This document shows positions 39,761-49,400 of a stretch of 64,000 nt of DNA, in pieces. The stretch spans positions 72,052 to 136,051 of the forward strand of contig JAEUQT010000002.1 of assembly GCA_016789445.1 (NCBI GenBank). The letters run 5' to 3'. The notes beneath the pieces were generated by a model. The model had not been told where the DNA came from, did not search any database, and saw only the letters and a list, made by a program, of their open reading frames with translations. This stretch comes from a bacterium. Its GTDB lineage: Bacteria > Patescibacteriota > Minisyncoccia > Phycocordibacterales > UBA2100. The position numbers were made by a program, and so were the translations under genes. Each line of letters opens with the position of its first letter. The stretch's first letter is position 1.

Positions 39761-42313
39761 ATGTCGCGACGTATGTCATTCCTCAATCGATGGTTCGGGG
39801 ACGGCTCAGGATCGGCTTTGCGCAAAGCGGAGCCTATCGTGGCTAAGGTAAATGCCCTCGAGGAAAGCTTTATGGCGCTCAATGACGACGCCCTGAAGGC
39901 TAAAACGGCGGAATTCAAGGCTCGTATCGCCTCAGGGGAAAGCTTGGACGACCTTATGCCGGAAGCTTTCGCGGCCGTACGTGAGGCATCCCGCCGCACG
40001 CTCGGCCAGCGTCATTTCGATGTGCAGCTCATCGGCGGCGCAGTCCTCCATCAGGGCGGTATTTCCGAGATGCGCACCGGTGAAGGTAAGACCCTTGTGG
40101 CGACGCTGCCGGCATACCTCAATGCACTCATGGGCAAAGGCGTGCACGTGGTCACCGTCAACGACTACCTCTCGCGCCGCGACGCGGTCTGGATGGGGCA
40201 GGTGTACTGGGCGCTCGGCATGACGACCGGCATCATCAATCACGAGGCGTCCTATCTTTACGACCCGACGATCGTGCCGGAGGAAGAGAAGAAAGAAGAT
40301 GAGAAAGTGCAGGACGAACAGGGAAGTTTCAAGGTCGTGCACGAATTCATGCGCAAAGTATCGCGCGAAGAGGCGTATGCGGCGGATATCACCTACGGCA
40401 CCAACAATGAGTACGGATTCGATTACCTGCGCGACAACCTTGAGTACGACCCTGCAAAGATCCGTCAGAAGAACCACTACTTTGCGATTGTGGACGAGAT
40501 CGACTCGATTCTTATCGATGAGGCGCGCACGCCACTCATAATCTCTGCGCCGACCGCCGATGCGGAGGGTCTCTACACGAAGTTCGCCAAGATCGCGGAA
40601 ATGATGATCGAGGACGAGGATTACACTATCGAGCACAAGCATCGCGCGATCGTCATGACTGACGCCGGTATCGAGAAGGCGGAGAAGATGCTCGAGATCG
40701 GCTCTATCTATACCGACGCGGGTATCAAATACGTGCACCATCTGGAAACGGCGGTGCGTGCAAAGGCGCTGTATCATCGTGATAAGGAATACGTCGTGCG
40801 TGGCGGCGAAGTCGTCATCGTCGATGAATTCACCGGCCGTATGCAGCCGGGCCGTCGCTGGAGCGAGGGTTTGCATCAGGCGATCGAAGCGAAGGAAGGC
40901 GTGGCTATCCAGAAGGAATCGCGCACATTCGCATCCATCACGTTCCAGAATTACTTCCGTCTCTACGAGAAGCTCGGCGGCATGACCGGTACGGCGGCAA
41001 CCTCTTCAGAGGAGTTCTTCAAAGTGTACGGCCTCACGTCGGTCGCTATCCCGACGAACAATCCGCCACAGCGTATCGACCACGAGGATTTCATGCTCCA
41101 GACGGAGAACGGCAAATTCCGCGCTATCGCAAAGAAGGTGAAGGAGTTGCATGAGAAGGGGCAGCCGGTACTTGTGGGCACTGTCTCTGTCGAGAAGAAC
41201 GAGTTGCTTAGTACCTATTTCAAACAGGAAGGTATTCCGCACGAGGTCCTCAATGCGAAGAACCACGAACGCGAAGGCGAGATCGTAGCGCAGGCAGGCA
41301 AGAAGGGTGCGGTCGTTATCGCCACCAACATGGCGGGTCGCGGCGTCGACATCAAGCTCGGCGGAAATCCGGCAACGCAGGAAGAATACGATGCGGTGAA
41401 GAACGCGGGAGGTCTTTTTGTCATCGGTACCGAGCGCCACGAAGCACGCCGCATCGACAACCAGTTGCGCGGCCGTGCAGGCCGTCAGGGCGATCCGGGT
41501 GAGACGCAGTTCTATGTTTCCCTCGAAGATTCGCTGATGAAGATCTTCGCCTCTGATGTCATCAAGCGCGTCATGGGAACCTTCAAGATTCCGGAAGACG
41601 AGCCGATCTTCAATAGCATGATCACGCGCTCACTCGAGAAGGCGCAGACGCGCATCGAGGAAATGAACTTCGATTCACGTAAGCACGTTCTTGCCTACGA
41701 CGATGTCTTGAATATCCAGCGTAAGAGTATCTACGGTCGCCGCCGTGCGGTACTCACGGGAGGGAATGAGGCAGTGGACAAGGAATTGGAAGATGTGACT
41801 GGCATGCTTCTTGAGGAAAGTGAGCGCGATGCGTGGACCAAGGCAGTGGAGAGCCTTAAGGCGAAGCATGGCGAAGCGTTCTATCCAGCAGTCCGACGCC
41901 TCCTCCTCCAGACCGTCGATCTTCTCTGGGTCGAGCACCTTGAAGCGATGGAATACCTCCGCTCTTCGGTGAATTTGCGTGCGTATGGCCAGCGCGACCC
42001 TCTCGTCGAGTACAAGAAGGAGGGCCTACGCCTCTTCCAAGGCCTTGAAGCCTCTTTTGCATCGCATGTCGCCTCGAATCTGCCGAATCTCTTCGATCAG
42101 CGCCCGGCACAGGTCGCGCCGATGCGTCAGCAGGAAAGTGCCGCAGTCGCACGCGCCGCACAGGCCCTTACGGCCTCAAATGGTGCCTCAGGAGCTAAGA
42201 AATACGGCCGCAACGATAAGGTAACCATTACCGACGGCACAACCACTGAGGAAATGAAATACAAGAAGGCCGAACCGCTCCTCATGAGCGGGAAGTGGAG
42301 GATCGTGAAGTAG
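39761..42313 (+). CDS. secA: Preprotein translocase ATPase SecA
   Basis: 850 aa. The N-terminus LNRWFG..., the DEAD-like motor motifs GEGKTLVATLPAYLNAL, TVNDYLSRRD and IVDEIDSILIDEARTPLIIS, and the C-terminal region are all canonical SecA. Confidence 0.95.
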   Translation: MSRRMSFLNRWFGDGSGSALRKAEPIVAKVNALEESFMALNDDALKAKTAEFKARIASGESLDDLMPEAFAAVREASRRTLGQRHFDVQLIGGAVLHQGGISEMRTGEGKTLVATLPAYLNALMGKGVHVVTVNDYLSRRDAVWMGQVYWALGMTTGIINHEASYLYDPTIVPEEEKKEDEKVQDEQGSFKVVHEFMRKVSREEAYAADITYGTNNEYGFDYLRDNLEYDPAKIRQKNHYFAIVDEIDSILIDEARTPLIISAPTADAEGLYTKFAKIAEMMIEDEDYTIEHKHRAIVMTDAGIEKAEKMLEIGSIYTDAGIKYVHHLETAVRAKALYHRDKEYVVRGGEVVIVDEFTGRMQPGRRWSEGLHQAIEAKEGVAIQKESRTFASITFQNYFRLYEKLGGMTGTAATSSEEFFKVYGLTSVAIPTNNPPQRIDHEDFMLQTENGKFRAIAKKVKELHEKGQPVLVGTVSVEKNELLSTYFKQEGIPHEVLNAKNHEREGEIVAQAGKKGAVVIATNMAGRGVDIKLGGNPATQEEYDAVKNAGGLFVIGTERHEARRIDNQLRGRAGRQGDPGETQFYVSLEDSLMKIFASDVIKRVMGTFKIPEDEPIFNSMITRSLEKAQTRIEEMNFDSRKHVLAYDDVLNIQRKSIYGRRRAVLTGGNEAVDKELEDVTGMLLEESERDAWTKAVESLKAKHGEAFYPAVRRLLLQTVDLLWVEHLEAMEYLRSSVNLRAYGQRDPLVEYKKEGLRLFQGLEASFASHVASNLPNLFDQRPAQVAPMRQQESAAVARAAQALTASNGASGAKKYGRNDKVTITDGTTTEEMKYKKAEPLLMSGKWRIVK

Positions 42314-43813
42314 CTATTTCTCCTGGAAGGTCGGCAGGATGCGCACGGTCACTTGTCTCGAGTGCGTATCGCCGCGTGCGTCGCGGCAGGAAAGCGTGTA
42401 CTTCGTCTCGCCGGTGATCGGGCGTGATGTCTCGCCGCCGACAGGGGAGGTCAATCCGTTCCAGCTATCGCTGTTGGTTCCGGTGACGGTGCAGGAGACG
42501 ACGCCGGTCGCGCTCCAGTTTACTTTCGTGGAGTTGTTCTGGCGTACGAGTGATGGGATCGCGCGCAGAGTCAGGTCAATGGGTGCAGGGCCGACCGCTC
42601 CGCCATTGCCGCCGCCCGGGACACCATCATCGTCTTCGTTGAGACCGACGGTCTCTGTTCCTCCGGAGCAGGTGAAATTCACGCTCGCCCAGGTAGATGT
42701 GAGGCCGCTTTCGTCCTGTGTGAGGACTTTCACGGTCTTTGCGCCTGCAGTACCGAATGAGCGCGATGCGGTGACGGCCGTACCTGAATTGACGAAGCCT
42801 GAAGCAGGGACGTATTCATCTATCGTGCCGTTGTTGTTCCAGTCGATCGCGTAGCGGATCTTGTCGCCATCAGGATCGGTGGCGTTCATGGAGATGGTGT
42901 ACGGCGTACCGGCCACACATGCGCCGCCGCTGGCGGTGACATTAGGTGCAGCTGGCGGGTTGCCGACCGCATCCACGACCGTGATCGGGCATGAGATCGT
43001 CCGCACCGGAACGGGAAGCGTGTAGACGTTCGCCGTCGGCTTCGCGAACTGGCAGGATTTGAATTGTCTCTGCGAAGATATGTCGTCTCGGCAATCGTTG
43101 CCGGAAACTGTGTAGGTACGCATCGGGGAATTGCTGCCGAGGCAGTCATCCGTACTTCCGGCGACTTCGTTGTTCGTAACGACGGTTCGTCCATAGAATT
43201 GACCGCTCGTGGCGCCGAAATTAAAGACCACGGTGTTGCTGCCGATTTCCGTTGGGGTGCACTTCATGACGCCATCGCTGAGCGAGCTGCATCCAAGGTT
43301 ACTCTGGCCGGTGATCGATTTGCTTGGCGGTGCGACCGAAAGCGGGACATACATCTTTCCGTTTACCTGGTCTTTCGCGAGGCATTGATGCGGCGAGCCG
43401 GCAGGTGGGCCTGCGTTTGCGATCCAATCGCCATACGGTGTGTCGTTGGAATATCCGACGCCGTTCCACGAGATGTCCGTATAGTGATGAGGGACGAATT
43501 CGAAGGAAAGCCTGTCTCCCTTAGTGACGGTGCTACCGCATGCTATCTGGGTCCCCTTGGTCTCATTCACTACGCGGACGTTGTATTCGATAGATACGTT
43601 CCTGCTCATGAGACGTGTGGCCGTACACGGGCCGCCGTATTTATTGACATACGTCTTACTCTTTTCTGATCCACCCGGACCCCAGCTAGGCATACAGATC
43701 TTTGTTGTAGATGTATTTGTCCAGATAGCACTCTCCGCATGCACAGTAGTAATGGTGAAGAACGAAAGCAAAACAATCGCACAGGCCCCAATAATGCGAC
43801 GTGAGATGGTCAT
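42314..43813 (-). CDS. Secreted Cys-rich protein with PKD/Ig-like domain
   Basis: Signal peptide MTISRRIIGACAIVLLSFFTITTVHAES. It has about 20 Cys residues, a NATDPDGDKIRYAIDWNNNGTIDE (PKD-like) segment and a Gly-rich linker. Its stop codon abuts the secA stop. Confidence 0.5.
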   Translation of the reverse strand: MTISRRIIGACAIVLLSFFTITTVHAESAIWTNTSTTKICMPSWGPGGSEKSKTYVNKYGGPCTATRLMSRNVSIEYNVRVVNETKGTQIACGSTVTKGDRLSFEFVPHHYTDISWNGVGYSNDTPYGDWIANAGPPAGSPHQCLAKDQVNGKMYVPLSVAPPSKSITGQSNLGCSSLSDGVMKCTPTEIGSNTVVFNFGATSGQFYGRTVVTNNEVAGSTDDCLGSNSPMRTYTVSGNDCRDDISSQRQFKSCQFAKPTANVYTLPVPVRTISCPITVVDAVGNPPAAPNVTASGGACVAGTPYTISMNATDPDGDKIRYAIDWNNNGTIDEYVPASGFVNSGTAVTASRSFGTAGAKTVKVLTQDESGLTSTWASVNFTCSGGTETVGLNEDDDGVPGGGNGGAVGPAPIDLTLRAIPSLVRQNNSTKVNWSATGVVSCTVTGTNSDSWNGLTSPVGGETSRPITGETKYTLSCRDARGDTHSRQVTVRILPTFQEK

Positions 43814-44165
43814 ATGTAGTTAAGTATCGTCGAAAAAGTGCTGAAAACCGAGGGGGCACTGTGAATAGCAAAGCGTAAATAAGTGAACACAAAACCGGTA
43901 CCAGCAATAAGAAGGATGGCAGCGCATGATTCCGCGCTGGTCATGCGTCTCAGAGAGGCGTCACGAGCACGTCGAGCCGAACTATGGGTATGCAGGGCAT
44001 GAGGGGTCACTCGAGAGCGGGAGGGGCAATAAAGCCATCGGTCCCACGACGCTCTGTTTGGAGCCATTCAGCCAGTTTCCGATAGAATCATGCATCTTTT
44101 ATGCGTCGGTGTAGTTACAAACGCCTGCGGGGAGCTCATATCCACATGCCAGCCATAGAATCTTC

Positions 44166-44369
44166 TCACGCCTTGTAATAAAACTCTTCTCTGAAGAGCC
44201 GAGTGATGTAGTTAGGAGAAAGTCCAACTTGAATTGCCGCTCCCTTAGTCGAGTGGCACTCTGTCTCCTTGGAAGTAATCATAAAAAACGCAAGAGAATC
44301 CAGAAAATGCCAACGTTCCTCGTTAATACTCACTATTGTATATATCGACCTCCTAGTTTGGTATTCCAA
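44166..44369 (-). pseudogene. Possible remnant of an AraC/XylS-family HTH regulator
   Basis: The 67-aa ORF ends ...AIQVGLSPNYITRLFREEF, matching a single AraC-type HTH helix signature. It is too short to be functional and lies next to a mobile element. Confidence 0.2.
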
Positions 44370-44387
44370 TAACCTTAATGGCTTTCA

Positions 44388-44460
44388 AATTCGAGATATC
44401 GGCACCGAGATACGAAACATATTGATATCTCGTTCAATATCGGATTAATCTCGGATTGAT
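44388..44460. repeat. ATCTCGGAT-family motif cluster (locus A)
   Basis: TCGAGATATCGGCACCGAGATACG ... GATATCTCG ... AATATCGGATTAATCTCGGATTG. Shares a core with the arrays at 55971-56108 and 60545-60620. Confidence 0.35.
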
Positions 44461-44635
44461 CTAAAGCCGCAATTAATGCCGCTATGGAAAACGAGTGAGT
44501 AAGCGGCATCGCGACTATCAAAGACGAGTTTCTATGCATTCTATTGAGTGAGTGCGACGTTCATTTCATAATTTGACGTCAACTATAAAACGTTGTGCAT
44601 GTAGATACTGGACGTATCCGGCTTACTGAGAGGGG

Positions 44636-45425
44636 ATATGGACGTCTGACGTCCATATTTCTTGTTATCATGTATCGCATGGAATTCTTTCACGTGGTGA
44701 ATCGCGGAATCGATAATCGGATGATCGTTCTTGATGATAAGGATCGCATGCGATTCGTGCATTCGCTTTTCGAATTGAATGATCAGATGCTTGCTGATCC
44801 GAATCATCGTCTGCGCGATTTTGATCCGATGCGTAAGCGGGAAACATTGGTCGCGATCCATGCATGGTGCCTCATGCCGAATCATTATCATCTTCTTCTT
44901 ACTGAATCCATTGAAGGTGGGATCTCGCTTTTCTTGAAGAAGCTCAACATGGGCTATGCAAAATATTTCAATCAGAAGTATGAGCGCAGCGGGGCTCTGT
45001 GGCAGGGGAAGGCAAAAAAGTTGCGTATCAAGAAGGATGAGAACTTCCACCTCATGCCGAAGTACATCCATCTGAACCCGTTGGACCTCTCGTTTCCGAA
45101 TTGGCGCAAGGGTAATCTGAAAGACCCCGATCATGCGCTTGACAGGCTTCGCACGTATCGGTGGAGCAGTCACCTCGACTACGTGGGGGAGAGTAATTTT
45201 CCCTCCCTTATCCGCATGGGAATCGTCAGGGATTCGGTAGGGGATCGCTACGCTTACGAGAAAGGATTGAAGGAAATCACGGAAGATGCTGAATTGGCGC
45301 AACATAGTGCCATTTTGGAGTAATTTCGGTTCATTTTTTGAGTAGGTTTTATAGGTGTTATTTCAATTTTGACGAAAAAAGCTATGGACATCGACAGTCC
45401 ATATATGGACATCCGATATCCATAC
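44636..45425 (+). mobile_element. IS200/IS605-family (RAYT-like) single-ORF insertion element, approximate bounds
   Basis: The HUH/Y1 transposase ORF is flanked by subterminal palindromes: ATATGGACGTCTGACGTCCATAT (44636-44658) upstream, and ATGGACATCGACAGTCCATATATGGACATCC (about 45383-45425) downstream. Confidence 0.45.
44679..45323 (+). CDS. IS200/IS605-family Y1 (HUH) transposase TnpA / REP-associated tyrosine transposase-like
   Basis: FHVVNRGIDNRMIVLDDKDRMRFVHSL (the typical TnpA/RAYT N-terminus), the HUH motif HAWCLMPNHYHLLL, and SGALWQGK. The start is placed at MEFFHVV; the ORF-track start at 44595 adds an unlikely 28-aa leader. Confidence 0.65.
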   Translation: MEFFHVVNRGIDNRMIVLDDKDRMRFVHSLFELNDQMLADPNHRLRDFDPMRKRETLVAIHAWCLMPNHYHLLLTESIEGGISLFLKKLNMGYAKYFNQKYERSGALWQGKAKKLRIKKDENFHLMPKYIHLNPLDLSFPNWRKGNLKDPDHALDRLRTYRWSSHLDYVGESNFPSLIRMGIVRDSVGDRYAYEKGLKEITEDAELAQHSAILE

Positions 45426-45776
45426 CGGCGTCATTATTTGATCAAATGGACACTCCTCAATGCGTCTGCGTGCATAGCTTCAAAAATTAGACATTCCGCT
45501 TTGAAAATTGCGAAATCAGGTTTGTATCTGAATATTTTAGGGAAAAAATCGAGCAAAACAGGCCTTTAACGATGATACGCCTGCTGTTTTGTGCATGATA
45601 GTGCGCCATGCAACGAAGAAGGTGGGGCTGAGATTTCGTCGGTGATCAGAGGCAGCTGTTTCCCTCACAAAAGCCGTGCCGGCATGCATTTAGGGTAGTC
45701 GTACCAGACCACATTTTGATCTCGATTCGCGCGGCCAATGACTCGCAGCAGGTGAGGAATTGGGCCTCTTTTGGCG

Positions 45777-46346
45777 TTAGTGAGCCAGGGTATAACGCGT
45801 CGATCGGCCCTTACCGGTGCGGAAGAGTTTGCCGCGAGAGATGAGTATCCTTGCATACCGTGATGCGGTGGAATCGGAGACTGCTAGGAGTTTCTGAATG
45901 CCGTCGTTCGTGATGTGCGTATGCGAAGCAAGATGACTCAGAATCTTCTCCAGATCATTCTCGCGCTTACGGGTACGATGTTCCAGAGATTTAAGTCGAC
46001 CCGCACTTCCTTGAAATCTTTTCTCAACAACTGCGTGAGATTGATCGGCGGGTGTATCACTTCCAGAATTATGCGCGGTAGTAGTTCCGGAATCTGAGGA
46101 AGTCTTCGTGCTATTTGATTCAACTGCAGACACGTGGGTGGTATCAGCGCTGGTTTCCGTTTTCCTAGCTGCATCAGCAGGCACTTCATCGCTATTGGTT
46201 GGAGAAGTATTTGATACGGATATTGGAGTCTCAATATCGACCGGCAGGGCGCTCGTTGGTACGGGAGTAGTCACGTGGTCTTGAACGCGCTGTTCGGAGG
46301 CTACTTGAAGTTCAGTAGGTTCAGGAGTTGGGGTTGGGTCTGTCAT
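45777..46346 (-). CDS. Small protein with Thr/Pro/Ser-rich N-terminus and C-terminal winged-helix HTH
   Basis: 189 aa. The C-terminal ITNDGIQKLLAVSDSTASRYARILISRGKLFRTGKGRSTRY resembles a wHTH DNA-binding domain. It lies 136 bp downstream of the giant protein gene on the same strand. Confidence 0.4.
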   Translation of the reverse strand: MTDPTPTPEPTELQVASEQRVQDHVTTPVPTSALPVDIETPISVSNTSPTNSDEVPADAARKTETSADTTHVSAVESNSTKTSSDSGTTTAHNSGSDTPADQSHAVVEKRFQGSAGRLKSLEHRTRKRENDLEKILSHLASHTHITNDGIQKLLAVSDSTASRYARILISRGKLFRTGKGRSTRYTLAH

Positions 46347-46482
46347 ACCGTAATCGGGTCAGTCTAAAAGCGTAATCGGGTCATTTGTATACAAATGACC
46401 CGATTAGCTACGCCGAGATTTAGTCCCGAGACACGCATTTTCAATGCTTTCTCGGTTATATCGCGGCGTGAGAGGGCAGCGT

Positions 46483-49400
46483 TCATACTTCTTCTGGTGA
46501 TGGTTCCGGAGTGGATTCTGGCTCAGGATTTTCATCATTCGGCGGTGTTTCAGACTCTTCGGGAGCATCTTCTGGTGCCTCGGTCTCAGGTGAATCCTCT
46601 GGTTCCGGAGCGGGTTCCTCACTTCCAGTCTCTTCAGGTGGTGTCTCTGATTGGGGTTCATCAGGTGGCTCTTCCGGTGTTGATGCCGGGGTCGCACCGC
46701 TTTGGTTCAGCAGCTGCTGAAGCTCTGCCTTCGTCACGCAAAGATCTTCAAGGCAGAGTTTGTTTGCGTTCACGGTATCCGCATACACGTTCTCCGCACG
46801 CAATGTCTTCGTGAATATCTCCGTGATGCCGTTCTGTGCATCCGCGAGCCAATTGGTCATGCGCGCGAAGATGTTTGCAAAGACAGGTGTAGAAGTTGCG
46901 GTGCTTGTTGCATTCAGAAGATCTCGCAGTGCATTCTTCTCTTCGATCACGAGTGTGTATTCGTTTTCGACGAAGACTTCAATCTCACCAGAGACTGAGG
47001 TTGCCTCAAGTGCGCGTGCAACGGTATACGAAGATGTCGTCGCCTTGGTACCGATACCCGGCACGGATGAGATCGTGAGACGATCGCCGACTGCGATCGG
47101 ACCGCCTTCCATGTTCACTTTAAGTGGTACGCGTCCCTTAAGAGCGACGGCACGACCGTCCTTGATCTCCTGGCCGAGCAAGAGGCCTGGCTTGGTAGAT
47201 AGGACTCCCAATCCTTCTTCGCCGTGCTTCGCGCGGCGGATCGTGGAGGTGGAGTTCTCAAGGAGGGAGACGATCTCTCCTGTGAGGAGAGTTGAATCGA
47301 TGGCGCGGTAGTTTTCGGCAAGGTCGATGTCGCTGATGGTCGCGGTGGTTGCGTAGATGGTGCCGGCGGTGGTGCCACAAGAGCCGGTGCTGCGCACACA
47401 GAGAGAACCTTGGACGGAGAGAGTGGAGACTGGGGTGGTGGTGCCGACTCCCACATTGCCACTCTGGGTAAGGCTCATGATCTCGTTTGCAGTATCACTG
47501 AAGAATCTCAAACGATCATCAGATACCAGGTTATCAATGATCCACTTCCTAGCACCGCTCTCGTAGATCTCCATTCCACTGTTAGCAGAACCGTCGAGGC
47601 GAACGTATGCGTTCGTGCCGCTTACATGCAACTGGCGAAGCGGTGTAGTGGTTCCTATACCGACGTTGCCAGAGGAGTCGATAAAGAGTCGGGTGCTCGT
47701 CGCGCCAGCGGTGTCTGAAGTGAAGAGGCTGAGGCTGCCACCGAAGTTGTTGGAATGGCGTCCTGCATCGATACCGGCAATCTCTTTCTGTGTCGATGGA
47801 TTGCCATCGGTGTTGAAGAAGGAGAGGCCTGCAGCTGTGCCGTTGGTGGTGTTCTGGCGTCCCCATACCGCGATGCGGTTTTTTGCATTGGTGCCGTTAC
47901 CAGAGACGGAGAGCATATACGTTGGCGTCGTGGTGCCGATGCCGAGTCGTTGGTTTGTGGTATCCCAGAACAGCGAAGAAGAAGTGCCGATTGAGCCTGT
48001 GTCGTTTCCGAAAAGGATGGAACCAGAGCTGATCGAGGTAAGGCCGGTTCCGCCATTCGCAACGCCGAGAGCGGATGTCAGGCTGAGTGATTGTGCGGAC
48101 AGTGAGCCCGTAACGGATAGTGCACCTGCATTCTGAGCAGAGACCTCTCCCCATTGCAGGGAGACACCGCGCAACATGATGCCTGCGGGCGAGCTCGGGC
48201 TCATCAGAATGCGGTATTTCATTGAGGTGCCTGATGGTTGTCCCGAAAGATCCACTGCCGTGTCGCCATACAATGTCGAGCCATCCTCAAGTGTAGAAAG
48301 GGCTTGTAGGGTGGTGGTCGACCAGGTGGTGCCTCCATCGCGAGACACGGCTGCGGCGATGTGGGTGTTGAGCGTAAATGCAGCCGTCGAAGTGCCGGCA
48401 AAGAAGAATTTTGCTGTGCTCGGTGATGACGATGCGGTAAAGGTGTTTGAGATAAGGCGAGACGCTCCTGTTCCAGAGACGGTAGTGTAGCGGACGATCA
48501 CAATGCCGTCCGCGCCGGTACCGCCGGTGACTACTGTTGATGCGCCACCGCCCGCGCCTCGTCCGCCGCTTCCCGGCGTTGCTCCGTTGGTTCCGTTGTT
48601 ATTGCCGCTGCGCGTACCACCGGCACCACCACTGGAATACGTGACCGATGTTCCGGAGATGGTGTTTGCAATACCGGTACCACCAGCACCGCCTGCTTCG
48701 ACGCCGTTACCCCCGCCAGAACCGCCTGCACCCGCAGCGCCTCCTCCACCTGCGCCTCCACCGCCGCTTCCTCCGGAGCCTGCATTTCCACCGCTGGATC
48801 CGACGCCAGGAGAAACTGCCGTCGAAGCTCCTCCTGTTGTAGCTGAGGAGTCATCTCCCGCACCGCCACCACTACCGCCGGGTCTACCGTTGTTGAATGG
48901 TTCGGCACCTGCGCCACCGCCACGAGCAGTGAGGCCGAATGCGGTCGTCGTTGCGCCATCGGTATTCGAACCACCGCCGGTGCCGACAGTTATTGCGTAG
49001 GATGTCGCAGGCGTGACGTTGAAGGAACTAATAGCAACATATTCGCCGGCTCCACCACCTCCCGAGCCACGCACGCTTGCGGTGGCATTACCACCGCCAC
49101 CGCCACCGCCGCCAACAACGAGGACTTGTACCGTGCCGACGGCACCGGAATAGAAGGTTCCGTTCGACGTGAATGTGCGGATGCTGTCGCCGCCGGAAGA
49201 GGATGAACTGCCGCCGCTCGGAGCGGCGTCGGGTACCAATGCGATCATGCCTGCGCTTGTCGCGATGCCGCTTGAATTTACGAGATCGATTCCTGAATCA
49301 TCAGCAATCGATGCAGAGCCAAAAGAATCAGCCACGCCGTTGCTAAGGCTGACCCATTTCGCGCTGCTCGATGCGATCTGAAGTGCATTTACGGAAGTAT

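Noticed and set aside
39932-40876. 314-aa minus-strand ORF inside secA
   Set aside because: Antisense to an unambiguous SecA coding sequence.
43824-44165. tRNA-like stretch GCGTCGGTGTAGTTACAAACGCCTGCGGGG
   Set aside because: No T-loop (GTTCRANYC) or a cloverleaf consistent with a tRNA could be derived by eye.
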